Source: Candidatus Hydrogenedens sp. (GTDB taxonomy: Bacteria; Hydrogenedentota; Hydrogenedentia; Hydrogenedentales; Hydrogenedentaceae). Taken from it: a stretch of 61,107 nucleotides of DNA. Location of the stretch: the NCBI GenBank assembly GCA_049968235.1, contig JBMFRC010000018.1, positions 1-61,107 on the forward strand. Direction: 5' to 3'. A program made the translations under genes and the position numbers. How positions within the stretch are numbered: position 1 is the first letter of the stretch; each line of letters starts with the position of its first letter. Under the pieces are notes generated by a model. That model was not told the DNA's origin. It saw nothing but the letters and a program-made list of their open reading frames with translations, and did no database searches. Positions 9,038 to 18,897 of this stretch are shown piece by piece.

Positions 9038-12000
9038 TTATAGGTTTTTATGAAGTTTTGAAGTATTCCATGTGAGAAAGGTGGTCAGAGATATTAAAAC
9101 TATAAGGGTAATCATACCTATGGGATTTGAGATAGGAACTCCCTGAGTGTATTTTATTTCTACGGGTGTACTCATAATGGTCTCTTTTTCGTCAGAGACT
9201 TCTACCCAGTAAGTCCCCGCATCTTCAGGCGACATTGCTGTGATTATAAATTCAGGATAATCTTCGCCGATATTCTCTCCATCTTTTTTCCATTGATAAG
9301 AAATTTCGGGAATTCCACCTACTACTTCTACTCGTAATGTATATGTATCGCCATCAATGACGGTTGCATTTTCAGGTTGAAGAACGAACTGCATGTGAGG
9401 GTATATCCCCAAATTCGCATAATTGGTAAAGACAACTTCTTCTCTTGAATCACCTACCTGGCAACGATAAGAGCCGGTGTATGTGCTATCAATATTTGTA
9501 ATAGTCCATTCATTGGAATTGGGTCCTACGGGTGTTCCACCATTTTTTAGCCATTGAAAATTTAATTCTCCGATACCACCACTTACATTGAAAGATAGTG
9601 TAACAGTATCTCCAATATAATAATTTCCCCCTACAACATAGGATAGAATTTTTATCCGATTGGTTACTGTTTTGCTTTTCGGTTCAACCAAACTATTGCC
9701 CGCAGGGTCTGTTCCTGTATTCACAGTAATTGTAATATCTTCTCCATTGGTTAGATTTCCTGCGTTCCATTTTAACAGGTAATGTCCATCTTCAATTTTT
9801 TGTACAGTATCGGGAGTTGTATTCAGAGTTCCTTTTCCGGGACCGGAAAGGCTATACCTCGAAACAAGAGTCATAAGGGGTTCCATAGGTTCGGAGAAAA
9901 AGACACGAATATTTCGGAAGTCTACAACTCGAACATCCATTACATATGGGGGCACACCAATGCTGGAGCAGATAACTTTATTAAACTGTGAGTCAATCAA
10001 ATTACCGAAAGTATCGCGGACATTTTGTACTTCAATCTGTACCAAAGACCCCCCCTTCATTTCACCCGTATCCCATTCAAGAATATAAGTCATAGGTTCG
10101 GTGTCCTGAACAATGCTTGATGGATGTAAAGAAAGCGTCCCTTTTCCGGATGCTCCGGGAGGGTTACTCAATGTGTAGTTACCGATAAAGAATACAGATG
10201 AGCCCATTTCTTTACTGTAAGTTATTTTTAATGTTCGTTCATTTACTGCAGATAGGGATAAAGCACGGGGCAATATTACCTCAAAAGTATCTGAGGCAGT
10301 GTTGTTAAGAGGGTCTATGAGATTTCCTGCCAAATCCTGAACATTATTTACCTGTACGGTAACTTCCTGCCCCTCAGATATTTCTGTCCCAGTTGTCCAT
10401 GAAATGGCATAAGTCGAGGGGTATCCAGTTACTTTTTCCACAGTTGAAGGTGGATTGCCCGGAAGTGTATCTATCCACCACAAATAATTGAGAGGATTGA
10501 GGGCACTTTCATCACCGGTTTCTCTCATTGCTTCTGAAAAAATGATATGTATTAGACGAGGTCCTTTGACATCGATGGAGACTAATTGAGGGAAAAATCC
10601 ACCTAAACCACTACCTATATGTGTGGCACTATTGGGAGTGCCAATAGGATTTCCTTGTGCATCAAATACATTGTTTACTGTGATGGTTACATCTCCACCG
10701 TTTTTCATCTCGCCGGAGTTCCAATTCAGGCGAACATGCTTATTATCAAGCACAGTTACCTGTGAGGGATTTTCCGCAAGAGTCCCTTTGCCATCTCCGG
10801 ATATAATATAATTTGCAGTATCCTCCAATTCTGTTAAACGCATAGGTTCAGAAAATTCAACTTCAACTTCTAAAGGTTGTGTTACAGTTACTGAAACCAC
10901 ATAAGCGGGAGTAGCATCAATAACATGTACTAAAAAGGTTTTATCATAATGTAAACCCATCATATCCGTTGCCCATACCTGAACAGTTACATAAGGATTC
11001 TCACTTCCATTTAATGCTTCTGGTAAATCAACGACCAATTGATTTCCATCAAGACGAAAGGCGCCATTTCCATTTTGGACTAAATTTAATATATGAGGTT
11101 CCTCTGGGTCTGGGTCAACTACGGTAAATTCTGCAACAATCGTTCCTTCTTCAACATTGTCCAAAACCTCCATATCCTCCGGATCTGGGATTATATCTGT
11201 AGGGTTAAAAAATCCTTCATCTGCACCTATATCAGGCGATGCGTAAAATGGAGGTAAAGGTCTATTTTGTCCTTCAAAATCGATATTGGTTGTATCTGTT
11301 GTCCCTGAATGTCCTAATGCACCGCTACCTGTCATTAGTTTTCCTACATCATCTAATTTCGGGTCGGCATAAATCATGATTTGTTCATCCGGTGCTGATT
11401 CAAAACCACCTTTACCGTCTGCGGAATTACGGTTCCATGCTAAATTATTCCATTCAAACCCTATTTCCCAAACAGGTGTAATATTCGATGCGTTTGGAGC
11501 ATCGAATATCGTTCCAGCAGAATACAATATGTCTCCGGTCCTGCCATGAATAAGCCAATTTGTTACAGGGTTACTTTCAGGGGAGGTGAGAGTAACATGC
11601 CGCAGACGAATCGTAGCAAAGGCAGAAGGAAATAGCGTATCGCTAAAACCACGGGTATCTATATATGATGGGACACCACCTCCGTAGAATATAGTATTCG
11701 TAATGTTTAGTTCAGGACCATAATTTCCACCTATGGCACCGGATCGAAAAGTTCCAGCACCAAAGCCCCACCAGCAGGAATCCATCTCTAACACGACAGG
11801 TCCTGTTAATTCTCCGCCTAAAGAGGTAATGGCATACCCTACATACGGTCTGATTATCCCCTTTGCTCGATAAAATTTTATTGAGCCCCGCAAGATGCGA
11901 GCGTAAGTTCCGGTATTATTGGTCATACCGTCCATATCCACCCAGTATATCGGAGATGGTGTTATATCATCTGCGGTATCAAACCAATCTTCGCCTGGCT

Positions 12001-13045
12001 CTAATCCTAAAATTTCCACCCGAGCACCACTTTGTTGAAAATTAAAGGCTCGCTCTCCACACGCACCTGTAAACACAGGTTTGTATAACCGATACACATT
12101 TGGCGTAGTGTGCGTATCTTCACCTAATTTATCGAACAAATTTGCGTTATTACTTCGAAATGAACAATTATAAAAAACTACCTGCGACCCGCCATCACTT
12201 GCTGTAGGGCTATCTGCTTTTATCGCGATGGCACTGTCGGAATATGTGCTACTGCCTTCGGGGGCAAATATACATTGTTCTAAAGTCATTTTCACCACAT
12301 TTTTTAATGACAGTCGAGTTCCTCTACCCTTAGCATAACTAAAGTCTACATATCGCAATTGTGCCTCCATTATCCCTGTTCCATTCATTGGTCCTAACAC
12401 TATCAAAGGTAAAGTCTGCTCTACCTCGTCCCCTCCTAAGAACCGCACCATATAAAATTGATGCTTACTTGCGGGAATATTTTGTAAATAAATATAATTC
12501 CCGTTGGGTGCTCCTGGTGTTTCCACTGGCTCCCACACTCGCTCCTTCTTAATAAAATTTGCTTTCTCAACGATGAACACCCCATTCCCATTTATCGAAG
12601 TAGCTATCAGTGGAGAAGAATAGGAAGAATATAAAGCAATTCTGTTATATACTCCCTCGTCATAGCCGATTATCTTCAAAATCTTTCCTGTTGTCGAATT
12701 ATTACTAAATACAGGATGGTTATTGTCCGGTCGAATCTCCGGGCGAATGCCTGTGGCAGCAATTACTTCTATATCCCCGCTATCTTCCAGAACCAATTCG
12801 GGGACTTCAAAGTAAACACCTTCACTTTGACTGGGTCCTTGCCATTCTATCCGTATTGTATGATTTCCCGGATTGGTACCCGTTGCATGTGTCCATGCAT
12901 CAGATAATTGTTCAAATCCCCATTCATTGGGATTACCTGTTGAGCCATTAGGAGCACCTTCGTAAATGCGGTATAAATCTGCATGAATGTTTGAATATGA
13001 AAGGATTAAGACAAAGAATAAAACCATACCCACTCGCCAGTTCAT
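9038..13045 (-). CDS. Giant secreted surface protein (1335 aa): signal peptide, beta-helix-like region, multiple Ig-like/Big-like repeats, C-terminal TM anchor with basic tail
   Basis: N-terminal MNWRVGMVLFFVLILSYSNIHA. Repeated GG.G…YQW.K.G … G(T/S)Y…V.D modules (e.g. YTGSYRCQVGDSREEVVF; AGTYWVEVSDEKETI). C-terminus VPISNPIGMITLIVLISLTTFLTWNTSKLHKNL. Confidence 0.7.
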   Translation of the reverse strand: MNWRVGMVLFFVLILSYSNIHADLYRIYEGAPNGSTGNPNEWGFEQLSDAWTHATGTNPGNHTIRIEWQGPSQSEGVYFEVPELVLEDSGDIEVIAATGIRPEIRPDNNHPVFSNNSTTGKILKIIGYDEGVYNRIALYSSYSSPLIATSINGNGVFIVEKANFIKKERVWEPVETPGAPNGNYIYLQNIPASKHQFYMVRFLGGDEVEQTLPLIVLGPMNGTGIMEAQLRYVDFSYAKGRGTRLSLKNVVKMTLEQCIFAPEGSSTYSDSAIAIKADSPTASDGGSQVVFYNCSFRSNNANLFDKLGEDTHTTPNVYRLYKPVFTGACGERAFNFQQSGARVEILGLEPGEDWFDTADDITPSPIYWVDMDGMTNNTGTYARILRGSIKFYRAKGIIRPYVGYAITSLGGELTGPVVLEMDSCWWGFGAGTFRSGAIGGNYGPELNITNTIFYGGGVPSYIDTRGFSDTLFPSAFATIRLRHVTLTSPESNPVTNWLIHGRTGDILYSAGTIFDAPNASNITPVWEIGFEWNNLAWNRNSADGKGGFESAPDEQIMIYADPKLDDVGKLMTGSGALGHSGTTDTTNIDFEGQNRPLPPFYASPDIGADEGFFNPTDIIPDPEDMEVLDNVEEGTIVAEFTVVDPDPEEPHILNLVQNGNGAFRLDGNQLVVDLPEALNGSENPYVTVQVWATDMMGLHYDKTFLVHVIDATPAYVVSVTVTQPLEVEVEFSEPMRLTELEDTANYIISGDGKGTLAENPSQVTVLDNKHVRLNWNSGEMKNGGDVTITVNNVFDAQGNPIGTPNSATHIGSGLGGFFPQLVSIDVKGPRLIHIIFSEAMRETGDESALNPLNYLWWIDTLPGNPPSTVEKVTGYPSTYAISWTTGTEISEGQEVTVQVNNVQDLAGNLIDPLNNTASDTFEVILPRALSLSAVNERTLKITYSKEMGSSVFFIGNYTLSNPPGASGKGTLSLHPSSIVQDTEPMTYILEWDTGEMKGGSLVQIEVQNVRDTFGNLIDSQFNKVICSSIGVPPYVMDVRVVDFRNIRVFFSEPMEPLMTLVSRYSLSGPGKGTLNTTPDTVQKIEDGHYLLKWNAGNLTNGEDITITVNTGTDPAGNSLVEPKSKTVTNRIKILSYVVGGNYYIGDTVTLSFNVSGGIGELNFQWLKNGGTPVGPNSNEWTITNIDSTYTGSYRCQVGDSREEVVFTNYANLGIYPHMQFVLQPENATVIDGDTYTLRVEVVGGIPEISYQWKKDGENIGEDYPEFIITAMSPEDAGTYWVEVSDEKETIMSTPVEIKYTQGVPISNPIGMITLIVLISLTTFLTWNTSKLHKNL

Positions 13046-13186
13046 AATGAGTCTCCAATACGAACAATATGTTATAATTTTTATTTATTAACATTATTAT
13101 AAATTATTATAACAGAAATCACACAAATATAATACCATATTTTATAGTTTCTTTGCGTAATAAACGGATAATAAAAAGGATTGGAT

Positions 13187-14491
13187 ATGTTGGTTAAAAT
13201 TCCTTCACTTGGAGAATGTAATATTATTTCTCCTTTACAAAAATTTCATTCGGAACAGGACAGAGGAAATTTACTTTTTACCGATGATAATACATTTATC
13301 TCTCATTCAATAGAGATAAATAAACAAGGGGAATATTTAGAAACAGATATGAAATATTTTGAGAAAGCGGGACCGCGTAAAAAAATATTTTTTCAACCGG
13401 AGAGGACAATTGCGGGTATAGTAACTTGTGGAGGTATTTGTCCTGGATTAAACAATGTAATTCGTTCCTTAGTGGTGGAATTGTGGTTTCATTATGGAAT
13501 CCGGAAGATATGGGGTTTTCGCTATGGATATGAAGGATTAAATCCGGAAAAAAATTTACCACCACTTCAACTCGACCCCGAAATTGTAGATGAAATACAT
13601 GATGAAGGTGGGACGATATTAGGCACATCGAGGGGACCACAGGACCCCGAAAAAATGGTGTCTTGTTTGCGTTCTCTGGGCGTCAATTTACTTTTTTGCG
13701 TGGGAGGGGATGGGACTCATCGAGGAGCCTATCAATTATTCTGTGTATTGGAAAAGAAATCATATCCCATTTCCATAATAGGGATTCCCAAAACTATAGA
13801 TAACGATATTTTATATACATCTCGGACTTTTGGTTTTAATACCGCTATTGAGGAAGCAAGAAAAGTCCTTATTTGTGCACATACAGAAGCAAAGTCTGTC
13901 CGATATGGGATAGGTTTGGTTAAGTTAATGGGTAGAGATTCGGGGTTTGTTACTGCCTATTCTGCCCTTGCAAGCCAGTTGGTTAATTATGCAATTATTC
14001 CGGAGGTGCCAGTGTCACTTTATGGTGAAAATGGTTTTTTACCCTGGCTTGAAGAGAGGATTCTGACAAGAGAGCATGCCCTTATTGCTGTTGCGGAAGG
14101 GGCAGGTGCGGAATGGATGAAAGAAGGAAAAGAGCAAAGGGATGCCTCAGGAAATGTTATACACCCTGACCCGGGTAAATTTTTGAGAGATACAATTATA
14201 AATTATTTTGGCAAGAAACAAGTTCCTATTCAGATGAAATATTTTGACCCGAGTTATTTAATACGCAGTGTTCCTGCAAATGCAGAAGATTCTGCTTTTT
14301 GTGATGCATTGGCTCGAAATGCTGTGCATGCAGGTATGACAGGACGCACAGGTTTAACTATTGGCTATATACACAATCAATTTGTGCACATTCCTATCGA
14401 GATGGTTATTTCAGGACGTAAGAAAATAGACCCCAACGGGTCCTTATGGCAAACTGTTCTTGCCAGTACCGGTCAACCTATCCCAGAATGA
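13187..14491 (+). CDS. pfk: 6-phosphofructokinase, long form (ATP- or PPi-dependent, PfkA family)
   Basis: GGICPGLNNVIR and GGDGT motifs; length and N-terminal extension fit long-form PFKs. The ATG at 13187 is preferred over the upstream TTG and has an AAAGGA Shine-Dalgarno. Confidence 0.8.
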   Translation: MLVKIPSLGECNIISPLQKFHSEQDRGNLLFTDDNTFISHSIEINKQGEYLETDMKYFEKAGPRKKIFFQPERTIAGIVTCGGICPGLNNVIRSLVVELWFHYGIRKIWGFRYGYEGLNPEKNLPPLQLDPEIVDEIHDEGGTILGTSRGPQDPEKMVSCLRSLGVNLLFCVGGDGTHRGAYQLFCVLEKKSYPISIIGIPKTIDNDILYTSRTFGFNTAIEEARKVLICAHTEAKSVRYGIGLVKLMGRDSGFVTAYSALASQLVNYAIIPEVPVSLYGENGFLPWLEERILTREHALIAVAEGAGAEWMKEGKEQRDASGNVIHPDPGKFLRDTIINYFGKKQVPIQMKYFDPSYLIRSVPANAEDSAFCDALARNAVHAGMTGRTGLTIGYIHNQFVHIPIEMVISGRKKIDPNGSLWQTVLASTGQPIPE

Positions 14492-14606
14492 AACACGAGA
14501 CTTTTATTATTTGAAAATATGTAAATATTTTAAAAGAAATTATGAATTAACAAGTATGATAGAATAATTAAAACGCAGTTAATACTCATGATATACTGAG
14601 GATAAT

Positions 14607-15893
14607 ATGAGAAAATCGTCACAGTTATCTTTATGGCAAGAGGAAAAAATCCTTCAGAATAAAGAGTCTTTGTTTAGTCCTATTAAAAATAAAAAAGTGC
14701 CAATACTTTTCAGAGAAACTATACCGGAAATACCTTCGACTACTTATGGTTCCTTTGGGATTTATAAATATCCGGCGAAATTTATTCCTCAGGTAATAGC
14801 ATTTATCTTAAAGGAATACACAAAACCTGGAATGGAAGTTTTTGACCCTTTTGCAGGCTATGGCACAGTGGGAGTTGTATCAAGAATTTATGGGAATCCA
14901 TATGAATTGTGGGACTTAAACCCCCTTATAAATACGATTCATAATACTGCGAGAATGGAATATCCCAAAGTTAACTTATGCGAACTTTTAAATGAAATTA
15001 AAAACTCAAAAAAAGAATTTATTCCCAATTGGTCTAATTTGAACTACTGGTTCCCCGAGGAATTCCTCTATGTATTATCAACATCATGGGGTTTTATTTA
15101 TTCTTTAGAGGAAAAGTTGAAATACTTGTTTCTTATCCCTTTATTAAAAGTTACGAAGTATTTTTCTTATGCAGATGAGAAGGTGCATAAGTTATATAAA
15201 TCGAAGCATTCTAAACAAAAGATAACGGAATTAGTAAAGAAGGATTGGAAAACGATTTTTTATAATATGCTTGAAAAAGAAGTAGGAAAGTTACAAAGAA
15301 GACTTTTTGAAAATCAATTATTAAAACCACAAAATATAAAATATAGAATAAGGTCAGGGATTGACACCTTAAAAGAAGAATTGGATAACGAAGTGGATGT
15401 CTTAATTACCTCTCCCCCTTATTTACAAGCACAAGAATATATTCGTTCAACGAAATTAGAACTTTTTTGGCTTGGTTATGATGAAACATATATTAAAGAA
15501 TTAAGCAAAAAAGAAATTCCTTATTGTACGGTTCCGGAGATTGACATTCATTCGCAAACATTTTATAAATATAGAGAACAAATAAAAGAGCACCATTTAT
15601 TATTGTTATACGACCGTTATTTTCATGGAATATTAGGTACTTTTTCTCGATTAGGAAATAAAGTTAAAAACTATATGTGTATTTTTGTAGGACCTGCGAA
15701 AATCCGGACGACCTCCATACCGATTGACGATATTATAATTGAGCATTTAGAGAAGATGGGGTGGCATCACGAGATAACCTATGTTGATAGAATTGTTTCG
15801 CGGGTAATGTTCGAGTCGAAAATAAATCCTGCTTCGGGAGAAGAGGATAGCAGAATAAAAACCGAACATTTGATAATTCTAAAGAGAGGTTAA
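14607..15893 (+). CDS. DNA amino-methyltransferase (N6-adenine or N4-cytosine), alpha-like motif order (motif I, long spacer, motif IV)
   Basis: Motif I FDPFAGYGTVG at about residue 80; motif IV DVLITSPPYLQAQEY at about residue 270. Confidence 0.75.
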   Translation: MRKSSQLSLWQEEKILQNKESLFSPIKNKKVPILFRETIPEIPSTTYGSFGIYKYPAKFIPQVIAFILKEYTKPGMEVFDPFAGYGTVGVVSRIYGNPYELWDLNPLINTIHNTARMEYPKVNLCELLNEIKNSKKEFIPNWSNLNYWFPEEFLYVLSTSWGFIYSLEEKLKYLFLIPLLKVTKYFSYADEKVHKLYKSKHSKQKITELVKKDWKTIFYNMLEKEVGKLQRRLFENQLLKPQNIKYRIRSGIDTLKEELDNEVDVLITSPPYLQAQEYIRSTKLELFWLGYDETYIKELSKKEIPYCTVPEIDIHSQTFYKYREQIKEHHLLLLYDRYFHGILGTFSRLGNKVKNYMCIFVGPAKIRTTSIPIDDIIIEHLEKMGWHHEITYVDRIVSRVMFESKINPASGEEDSRIKTEHLIILKRG

Positions 15894-15896
15894 TAT

Positions 15897-16877
15897 ATGA
15901 TACCCATAAAAAAGGGGGATATTAAAAACAGTGCAAAATTTAAAACCGTATTATCCACTTTGATTAGAGAACAACAGGAAATTATTTTTAATGAGAGTAA
16001 AATGTATTTTGAATTTGACGAATTGGGGGATTTATTACTTTCTGCTTGCAGAATGAATGATTTTGACATAGTTTTTTCCGAAGGGAAAAGAACTTTCTTA
16101 AATAACAAGAATCTTTTATCATGGATTTATGAAAAGATCATTCCTAATACGGTTATAGTTAGAATTGATGATGAAGATATTATTAGATTACTGTTATTTA
16201 GTATGGAAATTACATATCAAATGTTTTTGGGGGGAACAAGAGCAACGACAACCGCAAAAGGTTTTCGAGAAAGACGAAGAACATTTGAATCTATTCTGGT
16301 TGACCAATTTACAGGGAAATTAGGTGAAGTTATGCTTAAAAAATTTTTGGAGAAGAATTTTGTAGGGAAAAAGGTTGAACTGGATTGGGAAATATCGAGA
16401 CAGATAGAGAAATACAGAACAGATATTGTAAATTCAGAGAAAAAAATAAGTATCAAATCGTCGCCATCTTTAGGGGGGATATGGGCGGAAGCGGATATAG
16501 GTTATGATTATGGAATTATGGTGAAATGTTCTGTCCCTCAGCAGCCTATTTTGCAATTTTTCGTTGAAGTTTGTGGTTTTACAAGGCTTTTAAATTTTGC
16601 TGAGGATAAAATTCCTTCTTCGGATACCTTGTTTAGTAAATACTTAAATAATATGAGGGAGAGAGTAAAAAAATACAAATGTGGCGAAATACAAACCGAC
16701 CTAAAGGCTATTATTTGTGGATATTTTAATACAAAGAATTTTATGCCTGTTGAGCAAGGTATTGAACTACCTTATTTAGGAGTTATAAGAGAAAAAAGAT
16801 ATTTAACGCCTATAAATACATTGAAATGGCGAAAAGAGGAATGGAAAGAATTTTTTATTGAAGCGAAAATTAGATAG
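15897..16877 (+). CDS. Hypothetical protein, candidate cognate restriction endonuclease (no recognisable family)
   Basis: Starts 3 nt after the methyltransferase stop on the same strand. Low GC like the methyltransferase. Possible degenerate PD-(D/E)xK-like segment (DFDIVFSEGK), not confirmed. Confidence 0.3.
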   Translation: MIPIKKGDIKNSAKFKTVLSTLIREQQEIIFNESKMYFEFDELGDLLLSACRMNDFDIVFSEGKRTFLNNKNLLSWIYEKIIPNTVIVRIDDEDIIRLLLFSMEITYQMFLGGTRATTTAKGFRERRRTFESILVDQFTGKLGEVMLKKFLEKNFVGKKVELDWEISRQIEKYRTDIVNSEKKISIKSSPSLGGIWAEADIGYDYGIMVKCSVPQQPILQFFVEVCGFTRLLNFAEDKIPSSDTLFSKYLNNMRERVKKYKCGEIQTDLKAIICGYFNTKNFMPVEQGIELPYLGVIREKRYLTPINTLKWRKEEWKEFFIEAKIR

Positions 16878-16990
16878 AGAAATGATAATGAAATTTTGTT
16901 TTAAAAGGTTAATCTGATTTTCTATTAATATTTATTTTTTTACTATAAACAATATTTGAATTGTAATCTAAATTGTAAGAGGGTAGTTTT

Positions 16991-17383
16991 ATGAATGAAT
17001 ATTATCAGCAGTTAATTAAGCCTTCATGGTCACCACCCGCATGGGTATTTGGTCCTGTATGGACTGTGTTGTATATGATTATTTTTCTTTCTTATGGGAT
17101 AACATTCTGGATGGTGATTACTAAAAAGGTCCCAGTTTATATTTTGCTTCCTTTTGTATTAAATCTTATATTCAACTTTTTGTTTACACCGATTCAATTT
17201 GGATTGCGGAATAATTTTCTTGCAAGTATAGATATTCTGTGCGTATTGATGACTATCCTTGCTACAATCATTTTTATATACCCCTATAGTAAGTGGATTG
17301 CATTTCTTCAAATTCCTTATCTATTATGGGTGAGTTTTGCCACAGTTTTACAATTGACCATAACTTACCTTAACTGGAAGTAA
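16991..17383 (+). CDS. tspO: TspO/MBR tryptophan-rich sensory protein (short, 130 aa)
   Basis: KPSWSPPAWVFGPVWTVLY signature and W-rich TM helices. Confidence 0.8.
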   Translation: MNEYYQQLIKPSWSPPAWVFGPVWTVLYMIIFLSYGITFWMVITKKVPVYILLPFVLNLIFNFLFTPIQFGLRNNFLASIDILCVLMTILATIIFIYPYSKWIAFLQIPYLLWVSFATVLQLTITYLNWK

Positions 17384-17400
17384 TTTTATTTTTAGTGATA

Positions 17401-18804
17401 TTAATATCTATTCAATTTCTGTGTTGCTTTCTTAAATAAAAACCGGGTTCGTTCCGATTCATCGTGGTGATTAACTATGGGTGCGGGATAATTAATCCGT
17501 GGATAGTCCTTGTAAAACATATCCCATTGATGTATATGGTCAGAAGGCACACTTATTAATTCAGGTATCCATTTTTTTATGTATTCTGTTTCAGGGTCAA
17601 ATTTTTTTGATTGTAACCACGGGTTAAAAATTCGGAAATAAGGTTGTGCATCACAGCCGGTTCCTGCTACCCATTGCCAGTTTCCATTATTGACAGAAGG
17701 GTCATAGTCAATTAATTTTGTTGCAAAATATTTTTCACCCCATAACCAATCGATGTGCAAATCCTTTGTAAGAAAAGAACCTACAATCAATCGGGCACGG
17801 TTATGTAGCCAACCAGTTGTTTTTAATTCTCGCATTCCAGCATCTACAATTGGGAATCCTGTCATGCCCTCGGTCCATAAATTGAAAATAGTCTCATCTC
17901 TGTTCCACCATATATCCTGAAAAACTCTGTTAAAAGGTTTCCCAAATACATGGGGAAAATAAAATGCGATAATGGTGAAAAAGTCTCGCCAATATAATTG
18001 ACGGAGTATGGGTTCAGGGTCTGGATTGTCATTTTGTATTGCATGAAAGACTTCCCTGGGAGATAAACACCCAAATTTCAAGTAAGGCGATAGAAAGGTA
18101 TTTGCCTCCTTTATTAAAATATCTCTTTGTATCCTGTAGTTATGTAAAGTGCATGCCCTTTTCAATATTTTCAGACCTTCTTTTCGCCCACCTTTTAATC
18201 GAACTTTTTCATTTTTATCGGGCAAAAACTGCAACGATTTAATTTCTGTAATTTCTCCAGGAATATACCCTTGATAGTATTGTATATCTATTACTTTTTG
18301 CGGTTTATTAACAGGTATAGTCATTGCCTTTTTGTAAAAATGCGAAAAAACAATGATGGGAGTTTTTCTGTCACTCAGGGTATCTTCGGGCTGGGTTAAC
18401 AAAACATCATTCAGAGAATAAAATGTAATATTATGTTTTTTACAAAAATTGCTTATATCCTCATCGCGTTTTTTTGAGAAAGGAGTATAATCTCTATTTA
18501 TAAATAGCGCATCAAAAGGAATTTGTTTAAAAATCTTGAACAATACTTCCTCAGGTTTACCATAAAATAGGTATAATTTCCCTCCATTGTTAAGCAATTC
18601 TTTCTGGAGGTCCAATATGCTTTCCACCATAAATTGGACTGTAAAATTTCCACGATATGGATTGTTTTCTATCTGTTGAGGGTCAAAGATAAAACAAGGA
18701 AGAATTTGTTGACATACCTTTGCTCCATATACAAGAGCAGAATTATCCACTACTCTTAAATCCCTACGAAAAATAAATAAGCCCAAAGAATGTTTTTTAT
18801 TCAT
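17401..18804 (-). CDS. phr: Deoxyribodipyrimidine photolyase / cryptochrome family
   Basis: N-terminal LFIFRRDLRVVDNSAL and FAD-binding region WRDFF…GWLHNRARLIVGSFL. Confidence 0.85.
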   Translation of the reverse strand: MNKKHSLGLFIFRRDLRVVDNSALVYGAKVCQQILPCFIFDPQQIENNPYRGNFTVQFMVESILDLQKELLNNGGKLYLFYGKPEEVLFKIFKQIPFDALFINRDYTPFSKKRDEDISNFCKKHNITFYSLNDVLLTQPEDTLSDRKTPIIVFSHFYKKAMTIPVNKPQKVIDIQYYQGYIPGEITEIKSLQFLPDKNEKVRLKGGRKEGLKILKRACTLHNYRIQRDILIKEANTFLSPYLKFGCLSPREVFHAIQNDNPDPEPILRQLYWRDFFTIIAFYFPHVFGKPFNRVFQDIWWNRDETIFNLWTEGMTGFPIVDAGMRELKTTGWLHNRARLIVGSFLTKDLHIDWLWGEKYFATKLIDYDPSVNNGNWQWVAGTGCDAQPYFRIFNPWLQSKKFDPETEYIKKWIPELISVPSDHIHQWDMFYKDYPRINYPAPIVNHHDESERTRFLFKKATQKLNRY

Positions 18805-18897
18805 ATCACCTGTTATGTGTAGTAGTTTTGCAAAAATATTTGTTTATTAGTGTATAATTCATTATTCATATTACACAATACACGAGGGAAATTGAAA

